A stretch of 63,902 nucleotides of DNA, filler included, from Craspedostauros australis (lineage: Eukaryota): the NCBI GenBank assembly GCA_030167865.1. It is 14 parts of 14 records of this genome, joined end to end, with 100 filler letters (N's around TTAATTAATTAA, not from the genome) between each part and the next. Parts side by side here need not be neighbours in the genome. Positions count along the whole stretch, not along the records: positions 62,212 to 63,902 come from JALAGF010004470.1; 13 more parts are not named here. One strand, given 5' to 3'. Position numbers and translations under genes: made by a program. Each line of letters begins with the position of its first letter. Position 1 is the first letter of the stretch. Below, piece by piece: positions 63,874 to 63,902 of this stretch. A model generated the notes under the pieces. The model searched no databases. It worked only from the letters and a program-made list of their open reading frames with translations, and was not told the origin of the DNA.

Positions 63874-63902
63874 GAGAGGGAGAGTTGAAGTTCATCTAAA
63901 GA
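63874..63902 (+). promoter_or_regulatory. Polypurine tract and probable start of the 3' LTR
   Basis: GAGAGGGAG about 75 bp after the pol stop, followed by AGTTGAAGTTCA. Confidence 0.6.

Overview
Eukaryotic, diatom-like DNA, not one locus: 14 short contigs joined by 13 artificial 100-bp linkers (N44-TTAATTAATTAA-N44). Most of it is transposon-derived: nested Ty1/copia LTR retrotransposon pieces from several families and a decayed Sola3-like DNA transposase. The highlight is an apparently intact 5.46-kb DNA transposon (51209-56671) with 14-bp TIRs, ATAT flanks and palindromic subterminal motifs. Its single predicted three-exon gene (~1510 aa) looks like a piggyBac-type DDD transposase with a YqaJ/lambda-exonuclease-type nuclease domain inserted between the 2nd and 3rd catalytic aspartates. 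A decayed relative (48401-51104) and a sister-family terminus (40208-40417) are also present. Host-type genes: an ankyrin protein, an ankyrin-BTB pseudogene, the 3' part of an AAA-ATPase-type gene, a plastid-targeted saccharopine-dehydrogenase-like gene with stops, a Tat-signal DUF6816-like gene and a 1141-aa low-complexity protein. All family calls come from motif recognition by eye; no searches were run.
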